Source: an uncultured virus (IMG/VR IMGVR_UViG_3300035498_000413) (lineage: Duplodnaviria > Heunggongvirae > Uroviricota > Caudoviricetes). Taken from it: DNA of 64,000 bases. Shown here piece by piece: positions 1-10,430 of the stretch; position 1 is the stretch's first letter, and the number at the start of each line of letters is the position of its first letter. Both the position numbers and the translations under genes were made by a program. A model generated the notes under the pieces. It did no database searches. It was given only the letters and a program-made list of their open reading frames with translations, and was not told where the DNA came from. The stretch covers positions 1 to 64,000 of the IMG/VR virus record IMGVR_UViG_3300035498_000413; one strand, written 5' to 3'.

Positions 1-1579
1 TACTAAAGACTCAAGTGGAAATTGGAAAGCTAATAGCCATGAAGTTTCTACCTCAAAATCTGGTACTTATAATAATAAGATTAATGTCACTATTACAGCT
101 CCTAAGAATCAAAATATTAATCAAGGTGAAACTACAATTCTTGATGCTAATCAAACACCTAGTTTTACTTTGGATAAAGAAGGCGATGATTCGTCAGGAG
201 AAGCTAAAGTAAATAATCCTGTCTTGTCTTTCTCTTTACCGCAGTCGCAAGTTTTATAGAATCCTGATGTTGAAATATTAGAGTCTACAGCAGATCCTTC
301 TGTGACACTGGATGAAAGTAACATAAACAAGCCTAAATACACCTTCCATCTACCTGCGGCCGCACATTATTTCTACGGTAGCCAGTTAGGTAAGAAAAGT
401 GCTGGTGCTTATACAGTTACCACGTTCTCTAGTGAAATGAAAGTTGGAGATTACTATGTTAATGAAGGCACTGGATTTATTTATAAATTAACAGCAATAG
501 ATAAAAGTGCTAATACTTCTACTTTCGTTTATCAGGCTAGATTATCTGCTCCTGTTCCTTCCGTCGCTAAAACTACTTTAAGCCCTTATACAGGTAAGAA
601 TGGTAGTGCTACTAATCCTACTATTACTTCTACTTATGAGAATACTACAGAACAAACGGGATGGAAACTAACTTTTGGTATTCCTAAAGCTCCGAATTTT
701 AGTATCAATTATGCTAAAACAGGTGCGGCAGAAACTGGTAGTGCTAACACTGAGATATTAGATGCTAATACAGTCTAGTTAAATTTAACTATTCCGGCTG
801 GTAGTAGAATTTTCTCTGGTACTGCGCTTACTGATACAGTATATGCTAGTATTATAGTTGATGGAGCATAGAATGGTGATTGCTATTTAAATTCAGATAC
901 TGGTTCTATATTTCTTAGAGAAGAAGGGGCCTGGACTAGAATTGAAGGCAGTTTAAAGGGGCCAGTCGGTGATTCTTTAAAAACCGCTAGTGTGAGTTAT
1001 GAACTTAAAAATAGTTAGATAGGTGTATCTGAAGAAATTAGTACAGACGTAGTATTAGAGGAATATTTAAATAATAATAGTGCTAATTTCACTAAGCCTG
1101 CTGCTGATGAAGTGTGTAATATCACTTTAATAGATGATGATGAAGATGATGATAGAACTTATTATTGGGGTTATATTGTTAATGGAGTCTGGAAAGTATC
1201 TCGATTAACTGGTGGTGTTGGTAATTTATTAATTGATGATTATGACCCAAATGGTACAAAAGAAAAAGCATATTCGGCTTATTATATAAATAATCTTATT
1301 CAAGATAATTGGGATGCTAGTAAAGATGATGAGCAAAAACAAAGATATGTTTATAGTGTTAAGCATATAGATAATTTAATTAAAACTAATAAATCAGAAG
1401 CTAATAATAGTGATGAAGTTACTTATAGTTCTAAATATATAGATACTTTAATTAAGACAGAAACAGTAGCAGATGATGCTAGTAACAAAGATATTGTAAC
1501 TTATAGTGCTAGGTACGTAAATGACTTAGAGGATAGGGTTGAAGCGCTTGAGAATTAGCTTAAATGGTTTGATTTCTAA
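1..1579 (+). CDS. Phage tail or structural protein, 5'-truncated, read with TAG=Gln
   Basis: Frame 2 is open from base 2 to TAA at 1577-1579 apart from in-frame TAGs (257, 776, 869, 1016, 1556), joining ORF-track pieces 302-778 and 1112-1558. Ser/Thr-rich, with four C-terminal YSxxY/HIxxL repeats. Confidence 0.75.
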
Positions 1580-1610
1580 TAAATTTTCTTTTTAGAGAGG
1601 AGAAATATAA

Positions 1611-2063
1611 ATGGCTTTATTTAAGATTGGTAAGGGTAAGGCGGCTAACCTGCCTACTACGAAAAAAGAAGGATACGCATATTTTACTACTGATGATGGT
1701 AAAATGTATATCGACGTGGATGATAGTACAAGAGTCGCTCTTAATGCCGCTAATGCCGATACTATAAAAGATTCTTCTTATAGTTATACTGCTACTACAA
1801 TTCACAATGGTCTTGATGCAGCAAGTGCTAAAGTGTATACCCTTACTATTGCATCTAGTAGTTGGAGTAGTAATAAATATACTTATAGTAATACTAGTTT
1901 GCGGTGCGGGACTGACGGTAATGTTCCGCCCATTATCTACTCTAGTAGCGATTAGTTTTATTTAATTAGTACTGCATCAGCGACTAAAGGTACTGGAATT
2001 ACGTTTACTGCTTCTAGCACTCCTACAGCATCTATTACTATGACTATTGTCGATATGGGATAA
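1611..2063 (+). CDS. Tail-fibre-associated protein (TAG readthrough at 1953)
   Basis: RBS GAGGAG. N-terminus LPTTKKEGYAYFTTDDGKMYID is typical of phage fibre-associated modules. Continues past TAG to TAA at 2061-2063, just before a terminator. Confidence 0.7.
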
Positions 2064-2070
2064 AAAAATA

Positions 2071-2098
2071 AGCCCCTAGGAAATTAATCCTAGGGGCT
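2071..2098. terminator. Bidirectional intrinsic terminator
   Basis: AGCCCCTAGGA-loop-TCCTAGGGGCT inverted repeat flanked by A and T runs, between convergent genes. Confidence 0.85.
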
Positions 2099-2103
2099 TT
2101 TCT

Positions 2104-2487
2104 TTATTTATTCTAGTTTACTTGTGACTCGATTACTTGGGTTAAATAGACTGTTAGATCTCCAGAAGTTTCGGTAATATATTTCTTAGTTTCATCACTT
2201 AATGTAGCTATGATAGCATCATAAGTTAATTTAAACGCAGTTTTCTGAGCTTCAGCATCGAATTTATCCTCGGCTTTAAGAGAATTAACGTAAGTTTGAT
2301 TAGTGGTTATAACACACATCTAGGCAGTTTCTGTAATCATGTCAATATACTTTTGTGCGGTTGCGTTAGTTGTATTGCTGCTTATTTCTTCGCTTTTGGT
2401 TTTAATAAGCTTAACGATATAAGCAGTAAGAATACCTAGTAAAGGAATAACACAAGTCTAGAATATTTGTTGTAATAATTCTAACAC
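2104..2487 (-). CDS. Putative holin (LL-H-like), TAG-recoded
   Basis: GTG start after GAGGTG. N-terminal hydrophobic helix (VIPLLGILTAYIV), TNQTYV motif and IESQV C-terminus. Three in-frame TAGs; ends in TAA. Confidence 0.65.
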
Positions 2488-2667
2488 TTTAAATCACCTC
2501 ATTATATTTAAAAAAACTTATTGAGAAATTTAAGTAATTAGACTTGGACAATTGTGTTTAAGAGAATTTATTAAATTTTTAAATATGATATAAAAGGCAA
2601 GATGTCTTATACGGGGAAAGGCTACTTGTCTTTTCCTATATTTTTTTTGCCTATAAGGAGGTTTACT

Positions 2668-3024
2668 ATGGAAATGTACGCTAGAAAAGGACTGCGGATA
2701 ACAGGATTTGGTGGTTTTGTAAAATTTTACCAAGGCGCAATTTGTGATCTAGACGAACACACCGGAACTATCAGCTATCAAGGCATCCCTTTTTGCAATA
2801 AAGATAGCCAAATAGGGAAGAATTTCGTCCCCAATAACCAAGAATCGATTGAAAGAGCCGATATACTAGATCAATTACTGCCATTAGACCCGCCCGACCG
2901 CAGTGATTATTGGTTAGATTATGGTTCTAATTCACCTTGGGGATGGTAGTGGAATGAATGGTTACTCTAGGCCCCTGTTTACTATCTTAAGAATCTCCTT
3001 AAAAAAATCTTAAAAGGAGATTAA
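2668..3024 (+). CDS. Hypothetical protein, TAG-recoded
   Basis: RBS AGGAGG, ATG at 2668, two TAGs read through, TAA at 3022-3024 next to the following start. Confidence 0.65.
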
Positions 3025-3027
3025 TAA

Positions 3028-4044
3028 ATGAGTGTTAATGCAATTTTAATAAGTAAAGGTGTCAATCCTAGCTATTTTACTTTAAGTGAGTATGAAGTTG
3101 AATTAGGTCCATATATTAATAGTACAACTGTTACTATTAATAAATTAAATAGTAATAGTTCATTTACAGTAAGTTCATCTAATACTAGTGTAGCTACTGT
3201 CTCTATTAGTGGTACAACAATTACAATCACAAAAGGAAGCACGGTAGGTTCTGCTTCTATTACCGTAAAAGAAAGTACCACTAGTAAAACAGCTACAATT
3301 TCAGTAGAAGTAACATCTTCTTTAACTTTTACTTGGGATAGTGCTTCTTGGGAAGAAGTTCAAAATTTATGTAAAGCAAGAGCAGACGGCACAATTACTT
3401 CTACTTAGTTTAATTCAGTAGTGGCTATTGGTAATACTAAAGTTACTACTCTTTCTACTGCTGTTTTAGGAGCATCTAGTGCAACAATGGAAGTTATTGG
3501 AATAGATTAGGATGCAACTGGTACTTTGACTTTTTAGTCTAAATACTTATTACCTACTACTACTGTTTTTGGCTCTTCTGCAGTTTGGACAAATAGTACG
3601 GCTAAAACTCAATGTAGTAATTTCTATTCTTATTGTGATGCTAAAAGCTATATTAAATCTTTAAGTAAAGGAACTTGTTTAACGCAAACAAGTGGCTAGA
3701 ATGGTACTGCTACCTATGCTACAGAAACAGTGTGGATTCCTTCTGAAGGAGAAGTGAATTTAGATTCTTATTCTTCACTTAAAAAATCTAACTGGACTAC
3801 TTCTAATGCAGAATGTACTAGTGGAAAATCTTTTAATTATTCTAAATATTCTGACAATTCTAGTAGAATTAAATATATTGGAACTAGTAGTGGAGAAAGC
3901 AGCGGCTCTGCCAGCGGTTGGTGGCTTCGTTCGCGACACTACAACTACTCGACCAATGTCTGCTATGTCGGCTCTAGTGGTGGTGCGTACGGCAACGTCT
4001 ACAACGCTGGCGCCTACCTCGCGCCGGTTTTCTGCATTGGTTAA
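3028..4044 (+). CDS. DGR target protein: Ig-like (Big_2-like) domain plus C-terminal C-type-lectin-fold (DUF6273-like) variable domain; probable receptor-binding protein
   Basis: One frame with four TAGs (3406, 3508, 3535, 3697) joins 3028-3408 and 3730-4044. SSSNTSVATVS Ig motif; WWLRS...LAPVFCIG C-terminus carries the VR. Confidence 0.88.
3909..4030 (+). repeat. DGR variable repeat (VR)
   Basis: 122-bp ungapped match to 4716-4837 with 18 mismatches, all at positions that are A in the TR. Confidence 0.97.
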
Positions 4045-4123
4045 AAGTTCTTTTTAACAAAATCTGGACAAAAAAGTTTAGATGAATTAATTAAATTTTT
4101 ATATAGTAGTGAGAGAACTTTAC

Positions 4124-4152
4124 TTGATATATTGAAAATAATTTGGTATAAT
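4124..4152 (+). promoter_or_regulatory. Sigma70/SigA-type promoter for avd-TR-RT
   Basis: TTGATA-N17-TATAAT. Confidence 0.65.
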
Positions 4153-4264
4153 ATTAACAGAAAATGAGAAGAAAAAACTTCCAGTTCTTTTTTATTTACT
4201 TCAATAGGAAGATAATATTTTTCCTCTCATTTTCTTAAATTGATTATATCGAAGGAGGATAAAT

Positions 4265-4711
4265 ATGTCAGTAAAGACAGCTGATAGACATTTATCTAAA
4301 GTTGCTTATCTTAATGATGCTAGAAAGTTAGTTTTACAAGTATTAGTATTGACTAGACCTTCTAAACAGAAGGCGAATGGAAAGTATAATAGTCCTGGTG
4401 CACTGGGCAGTCAATATCTATACTCAGCTTTTGGGGCTAGTATTTTAGATAGTGCAAAACGAGTCCATGGTAATTGTTTTGCAGCTAGCGAGATAGAAGT
4501 TAGGACTAAGGAAGATTTAGATAAAGTAAATAAATTTTTTGATGCGGCAATAGGTTATTGCGATTCTATTTTAAGAGAATTAGATTTGTGTATTTTTGTT
4601 GTTCAAAGTGAGAAGAAACGCAACTCTTATTGGTATCTTGCAGATTTAGCGAGGGCTTGCAAGTTAAGCATCGAAGAACATCAACGCTCTTTCAGGGGTA
4701 AACCTTGTTAA
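4265..4711 (+). CDS. avd: DGR accessory variability determinant (Avd-like helical protein)
   Basis: 148-aa basic helical protein immediately upstream of the TR, the canonical avd position. No TAG codons. Confidence 0.75.
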   Translation: MSVKTADRHLSKVAYLNDARKLVLQVLVLTRPSKQKANGKYNSPGALGSQYLYSAFGASILDSAKRVHGNCFAASEIEVRTKEDLDKVNKFFDAAIGYCDSILRELDLCIFVVQSEKKRNSYWYLADLARACKLSIEEHQRSFRGKPC

Positions 4712-4715
4712 TTCT

Positions 4716-4837
4716 TGCCAGCAATTGGTGGCTTCGTTCGCGAAACTACAACAACTCGAACAATGTCTGCAATGTCAACTCTAGTGGTAATGCGAACAAC
4801 AACAACTACAACAATGGCGCCTACCTCGCGCCGGATT
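4716..4837 (+). ncRNA. DGR template repeat (TR)
   Basis: AAC/AAT-rich copy of the VR lying between avd and RT; diverges from the VR after CCGGATT. Confidence 0.95.
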
Positions 4838-5113
4838 AGATGAAAGCCTTGTCGTTAGGCGCGGCCGACTTAGGCCGTGACTAACAACGATTAGAAGAGA
4901 GACGCAGAAGCGTCTATCTAGGTGAGTAGTAATCTAATGTTATTATGTTATATTATTGTTTTATAAAAGAGAAAAATATTATTAAAAAAGTGTATTTCAT
5001 CTAAGGAAGGTTTATCCAGTCCCGTAAGGGCAAATTACGAAGCTAGATGTTAGTTCCACATTGAGAAGTCTAACTAGAACTAGCTGATAAAATTTTTTCA
5101 AGGAGGATGGCCC

Positions 5114-6313
5114 GTGTAGGACTCCTAGATTAGTTGTAGTCGTGAAGCTCTATATGATGCTTCATACAAAGTTTGCAGAAACGTAAGATGGAAAGGTAGT
5201 ACTATTAATTTTGAAGAGAATAGATTAAATAACGTTTTACGCTTAGAAGAAGAATTGAAGAATAATGAATACTAGTAGATGGTATTTAATTGTTTTTCAA
5301 TAGTTGAAAGAGGTAAGAAGCGAGATATAAGAGCCTGTTATATTTATGATAGGATGCTTCAAAATGCTCTTTGTGAAACATTTCTTTTACCATAGCTTAC
5401 TCCTAAATTGATATATGATAATTGCGCTACATTGAAAGACAAAGGAATTGACTTTGCCTTAAAGCGAGTTAGAATACATTTATAGAAAGCTCACTAGGAC
5501 TTTGGTCTTGGTGAGAATTTTTATGCGGTTAGGCTAGATATTAAAAAGTATTTCGATTCAATAGACCATGAATATCTTAAATCAGTAGTGCGGAAATACG
5601 TTCAATAGCCACAGATAAGCGAGCTTGTAGAATATATTATCGACACTTTTTGTTATTCACCCACAACAGATAATACGCCTTAGTCAGATAAATAGTATTA
5701 TATAGTTAAAGGACAATATGGCTATAGACCTGTAAAAGTAGAATACTTTAAGCCTGGTAAGACGTATTATGAATATAAACCTACAAGTCTAGGACTAGGA
5801 AGTTAGGCTTCTTAGCTTTTAGCATTATTAGCACTTAACGAAGTAGATCATTATGCTAAAGAGCAGCTGCATCTTAAATACTACGGCAGATATATGGATG
5901 ATATTTATTTCTTTGGAAATGATAAAGAATATCTGTGGGAATGCGTGCTTAAGATCGAGCAAAAGCTCGTTAGCTAGGGCCTTAAATTGAATCGTAAGAA
6001 AACTACTATAATGTAGATTAAACCCGGAAAACGCCAACAGCCTTTTAAGTATTTAAAATGGAATTTTTGGCTAACGAAAGACAATGGTCTTATACAACTT
6101 CCTTTTAAAGAGAAAATAGCCAAATAGCGCAGAAAGATGCGGCGGTAGTAGAAACTTTGGTTAAGCGGTGAAACTACTACTGAGAATATTGTATAGTCTT
6201 ACTTAAGCTGGCGAGCGCATATAAGTAAAGGTAATACTTTTTATTTAGTCTAGCGAATGGATAATTATTTCAAATCTTTATTCAAAGGGGTAGACTTATG
6301 TTTATATATGTAA
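5114..6313 (+). CDS. DGR reverse transcriptase (399 aa, 19 in-frame TAG=Gln), absent from the ORF track
   Basis: GTG start after AGGAGG. Motifs ERGKKRDI, LDIKKYFDSIDH, LGLGS(TAG)AS(TAG)LLA matching the DGR GSQxSQ motif, YGRYMDD at 5891-5902, GLKLNRKKT. Ends at TAA 6311-6313. Confidence 0.95.
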
Positions 6314-6930
6314 ATAAAAATAATTTAATCGTAGATATGATTTCTGAACCTAGATGGGTTAAATGGCAGACTGAACCCGCACTTTTAATTAGTTGTGCGG
6401 AGGAGGAAGCAACAGGTGTTATTGGTTCAGATTGTGATACTTTTTATTCTTTAGACTCGGTTTCTGTCTACGAAACAAACGAGCCTATTGAAGATTTTAT
6501 CCCTAATGTCTATGCGTATGACAATGGAGAATGTATTTTACGTAAAAGCATTGGAGATATTCAAACTGAGAAACAAAAGGAAAATAGAGAGAAATTCGCG
6601 GAATTCCTAGATTCATAGGCATTAGTTTTCTCGGACGGTAAAAGCTATGGGGTTACAGCTAATGACCAGTCTGAAATCAGCTTAAACTTATCATAGTATA
6701 AGGCTATGGTTGATGCGGGTGCGGAAGCACCTATCCTTGAGTGGCATGCCATCCACGAAGAGAATACAACCTGGTCTTATGAAGATTTATCTCGTTTAAG
6801 TGCAGCAATCTCTAGTTTTGTGTATCCTTACTACCATAAGATGCAGCAGCTTAAAACTAAGATTTATTCTGCACAGTCTATAGCAGAAATTCTCGAGATA
6901 GAATTAAGCTACGAGGACTAGAATATTTAA
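6298..6930 (+). CDS. DUF4376-like tail-associated protein, TAG-recoded
   Basis: Joins 6298-6618 and 6706-6921 through TAGs at 6616, 6694 and 6919. C-terminal WHA...W...LS...Q.LK..I..A.S..EI pattern. Confidence 0.65.
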
Positions 6931-6971
6931 GTCATATAACTAATTTTTTAATATTAAGGAAAGGAAGTTGT

Positions 6972-7175
6972 ATGATGGATAATAGATTCTATGAAAATCG
7001 TATGGCTATCAAGGCAGTCGCAGAAGAGCGCAGCGTTGATGTCGGTGTCGCTTCTAAGATGTATGCAGTCGAGCAAGGCTGGACTAATTACTCTAAAGAA
7101 ATGGACGAGTGGAACGCAATTCAGAGAAAATATATTCATGCTAAGGATAAGACTTTAGCCGATTTATTTAAGTAA
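6972..7175 (+). CDS. Hypothetical protein
   Basis: RBS AAGGAAGG, 67 aa, TAA stop followed by a terminator. Confidence 0.6.
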   Translation: MMDNRFYENRMAIKAVAEERSVDVGVASKMYAVEQGWTNYSKEMDEWNAIQRKYIHAKDKTLADLFK

Positions 7176-7182
7176 TACCTTT

Positions 7183-7222
7183 AGGGGCAAGGACGTAATA
7201 GTTCTTGCCCCTTATTTTTTTT
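7183..7222 (+). terminator. Intrinsic terminator
   Basis: AGGGGCAAG-loop-CTTGCCCCT followed by a T-tract. Confidence 0.8.
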
Positions 7223-7340
7223 GCCCGAGAACTGGGAATCTTTTTTACAAAAATTCTGACAAGTTTGATTAAGTGAATTTCCCAAATTTTTATATATTAG
7301 TGAAGGCCAAAGAAACTAATATAAAAGGAGTGAATAACTT

Positions 7341-7745
7341 TTGGCAACTTATCCATACTATTCAAGCTAGGTATATGGCGCACAATAGCAACCGCAACCG
7401 CAGTATTATCGGCCATAGCCCTACGGAGAATAGACCTAGATCCCGCAAGTTGGAATTAAAGGACGCCCTGTTTCTTCTATTGATGAGGTGAGAGCAACTT
7501 CAATAGATTTCGATGGTTCAATTTTCTTTTTCCCTGATTTAGCAAATAAGAAGATATATACAAAACAAATTAATTTAGATGGAACTTCTACGCTAAATAT
7601 CTATGAGTTAAAGGCAATGCCCATCGAAGCTACAGCACAATATGTTACTAAGGATGAATTTGATTCTGCTCTTGCTGAGATAAAAGCTTCTCTAAACGAG
7701 AAAAAGGGAACTCCTAAACAGGAGTCCCCGCAAATAAAATTCTAA
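7341..7745 (+). CDS. Late cassette gene 1: Gln/Pro/Tyr-rich N-terminus plus conserved KGRPVSSIDEV domain
   Basis: TTG start after AAGGAG. Five TAGs in the Gln-rich N-terminus; same frame as 7488-7745. Confidence 0.75.
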
Positions 7746-7758
7746 AGGAGGTAACGTA

Positions 7759-7989
7759 ATGAATCCTTTCCAAATTGCAAATATTCTAAGGAATGGTAAT
7801 CCGCAATAGATGGTTTTTAGTATGTTAGAGCAATATTCCCAGGGGAATCCTATTATGTAGAATCTACTTTCTCTGGCCAAGTAGGGAGATTCTGCTTCTA
7901 TAGAACAAATTGCTCGAAATATGGTAGCATCAAAAGGTGGAAATTTTGATTAGGAGTTTGCTGCTTTTAAATAGCAATTTGGCCTTTAA
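7759..7989 (+). CDS. Late cassette gene 2: small helical protein (MNPFQ...GNPQQ...NPIMQ), TAG-recoded
   Basis: RBS AGGAGG, five TAGs, TAA at 7987. Missed by the ORF track. Confidence 0.75.
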
Positions 7990-8016
7990 TATTAAAATAT
8001 TAAAGGAGATTTAAAA

Positions 8017-8757
8017 ATGTTTAATAACGATTATAGTCTGTCTGATATTGCTGCTGCTTCTGGTAGAAACAATGGTAGCTGGGGAAATGGCGATGGTGCT
8101 TGGTTAATCATTATCTTATTCCTGTTCATGTTTATGGGCTGGGGCAACGGCAACGGTGGCTGGGGTAATAACAATGCCTCTAGTCAGGGCGCTTTAACTC
8201 GTGGTGAGTTAGCCCAGGATATGAATTTCTAGCAGGTCGAGAATGGTGTCCGTGGTATCCAGCAAGGTTTATGTGATGGTTTCTATTCTCAGAATACAAC
8301 TTTACTTAATAGCTTTGGCAACGTTCAGCGTGATTTATGTACCGGATTTAGCTCTGTTGCTTAGGGCTTTGATGCAGTTAATGCTAATATCGCTGATACT
8401 CGCTATGCAATGCAGGATTGTTGTTGCACCACACAGCGTAGTATCGACAGCGTTAAAGCAGAAGCATATCGTAATACTTGTGATATTACAAACGCGATTC
8501 ATGGTGAAGGTGAACGGACTCGCGCGCTCATTCAGGAAACTAATATGCAGAATCTGCGGGATCGCATGGCCGAGAAGGATTCAGAGCTGCAGAGCGCACG
8601 TTTCCAGTTATCCCAGTGCTCGCAGAACGCATATCTCGTTGACCAGCTGCGGCCTACACCTCAGCCTGCATACTTAACCGCCTCTCCCTATTCTGCTTTT
8701 CCTCTCGGTAATGCAGTGCCTTTCGGCTCTAATGGATGCAGCTGTGGTTGCGCCTAA
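8017..8757 (+). CDS. Late cassette gene 3: Gly-rich/transmembrane N-terminus, DCCC motif, coiled coil and GCSCGCA tail
   Basis: Joins 8017-8232 and 8410-8757 through TAGs at 8230 and 8362. Confidence 0.8.
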
Positions 8758-8772
8758 TAAGGAGGTAATACA

Positions 8773-9195
8773 ATGGAACTGACAAGTGTAGCAGCTCAGA
8801 GCGTGGCAGCTAACCAAGATGTATTATTCCTTAATACCGCAATTGAAGGTAATTGTTCAATAATGCACAGAAGTGGAAGTGGTCTAGTTAATTTGCGTGG
8901 TTTAACTAATGGCCAAAGTAGGGCTAGATATAGAGTGCTTTTTGGCGGGAATGTAGCGGTTCCCACCACTGGCACTGCTGGCCCTATCTCACTGACGATA
9001 GCTATAGACGGTGAACCTGTAGCTTCATCTACTATGATTTCTACTCCTGGTGCGGTGAATCTATATAACAACATTTCCGCAAGTATTTTCATTGATGTCC
9101 CTAAAGGTTGTTGCTCTTAGGTAACTATCCGCAATACAACCGCACAGACGATTTCAGTTCAAAATGCTAATTTAATAGTAGAAAGAGTGGCGTGA
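8773..9195 (+). CDS. Late cassette gene 4: beta-sandwich protein (BclA C-terminal/C1q-like by inference)
   Basis: RBS GGAGG. Reads through TAG at 9118 to TGA at 9193-9195; ends VQNANLIVERVA. Confidence 0.7.
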
Positions 9196-9196
9196 T

Positions 9197-9379
9197 ATGC
9201 ACAGAATTAAAATGATTAAAGAATGTCTTATTGACCAAGTTATGGAGCAAATGGGGCATCCAGAGCAAGTATCCGCCGAGGAATTAGGCGAAGTTATTGA
9301 TATGATAAAAGATTTAGAAGAGGTATGTTATTATCATCATAAGGTAAAGGAATTAGAAGAGAAAGATACCACGATGTAA
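9197..9379 (+). CDS. Late cassette gene 5: small acidic helical protein (ELGEVIDMIKDL)
   Basis: Starts 1 nt after the upstream stop and is followed by a terminator. Confidence 0.7.
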   Translation: MHRIKMIKECLIDQVMEQMGHPEQVSAEELGEVIDMIKDLEEVCYYHHKVKELEEKDTTM

Positions 9380-9385
9380 AAAATT

Positions 9386-9413
9386 AAAGGGGAGCTTTAT
9401 GCTCCCCTTTTTT
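9386..9413. terminator. Bidirectional intrinsic terminator
   Basis: AAAGGGGAGC-TTTAT-GCTCCCCTTT between convergent genes. Confidence 0.85.
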
Positions 9414-9416
9414 CTT

Positions 9417-9875
9417 TTATAGGCTATTTTGATATTTTTGTTCAATTAAATGATACAAAGTATCTCCGTTAGAATTTCCATCTAAAGATTTATAAATGTC
9501 ATGCTCATGAGAAAGTTCCTAAAATTCTGCAAGAGTAATTTCATGGTCTTTCTTTAATGCTTCTTCGCACATTTTTTCAAAAGGCTCCCTATATAAAATA
9601 AGAATGGCGTGTTTCAGAACATTTAATTTATTCTAAATACAAATGATATTTTCTTTTAATTTTTCATCCTCTACGCTAGAATTATAGCGAACATCTTGTA
9701 CTGCGGCACCTATCGCGTCAGTTATTTCTTTTGAGATAGAGGCTCTACCATCGGCAGTTTGTCTTGCTTTTTCATCTTTATACATTTTATAAAAGAATCT
9801 AGCCGCACAAGTCGCGCCGGCGGTGATTATTCCAAACAGGAACTAGAGCCAGTATTTGATAATAAATTCCAACAT
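9417..9875 (-). CDS. Membrane protein, holin- or antiholin-like, TAG-recoded
   Basis: MLEFIIKYWL(Q)FLFGIITAG transmembrane segment, coiled coil and YKSLDGNS C-terminus. Three TAGs; missed by the ORF track. Confidence 0.6.
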
Positions 9876-9935
9876 CTTCTTTCCCTCTTTTCAAATAACC
9901 CTATCTTTTATAAAAAATTTCTAGTTTAATTTAAA

Positions 9936-10430
9936 TTAATTCGACCAATCGTGCTTTAATACATGAAGCCCTAAACAAATCGCATCGGCTTCATCAGAAG
10001 TAGGGTCAAAGCCATACGTATTTTTAACATATAACTAAGCATTTTTCTTCTATTCTTCTCGTCTTTTACCTTTAACTCCACACGTACTTTTCCACGAGGA
10101 AGCTAAGACCAACTAGTAAGAAATTCTTTTTTCTTCTAGTAAAGTCATTAAAGCTCCCTGCACGTGCGCAAGTTTCTTGTAAGTAGGAAGCCCAGTAACT
10201 CCAGTTCCTTTAGCATCCTAAAGCTAAATATCTTCTAAAGCTACCTAGATGCTTCCATCTACAGAGTCGATAATGCCATTAAGCCACTGCCGCAGCTAAA
10301 CAATTCTATTTATATAATCGCTTCCACTAAAAGTTACATGACCATGAGCGATTAGTTCCTAACCATTAAATACTGCATATCCAGTTATCTTAGTGCTTTG
10401 ATCTAAAGCTAATAACAAATTACTTCCCAC
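9936..10430 (-). CDS. ruvC: RuvC-like Holliday junction resolvase, 8 TAG=Gln
   Basis: LLALDQSTKITGYAVF, ALEDI(Q)L(Q), SSWKS and DEADAICLG motifs in one frame. Missed by the ORF track. Confidence 0.85.

Noticed and set aside
3909..4837. VR/TR pair as a CRISPR array or ordinary duplication
   Set aside because: There are only two copies, mismatches are strictly at adenines, and avd and RT flank them, which defines a DGR.
8243..8677. ORF-track 144-aa ORF and other alternate-frame or antisense ORFs (for example 3806-4057, 16062-16460, 35731-36216, 55430-55912)
   Set aside because: They overlap well-supported genes and lack RBS or recognisable motifs.
1..10430. Fragmented ORFs read as pseudogenes of a decayed prophage
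   Set aside because: The breaks are in-frame TAGs, often at conserved Gln positions, with no frameshifts, and a CUA tRNA is present.
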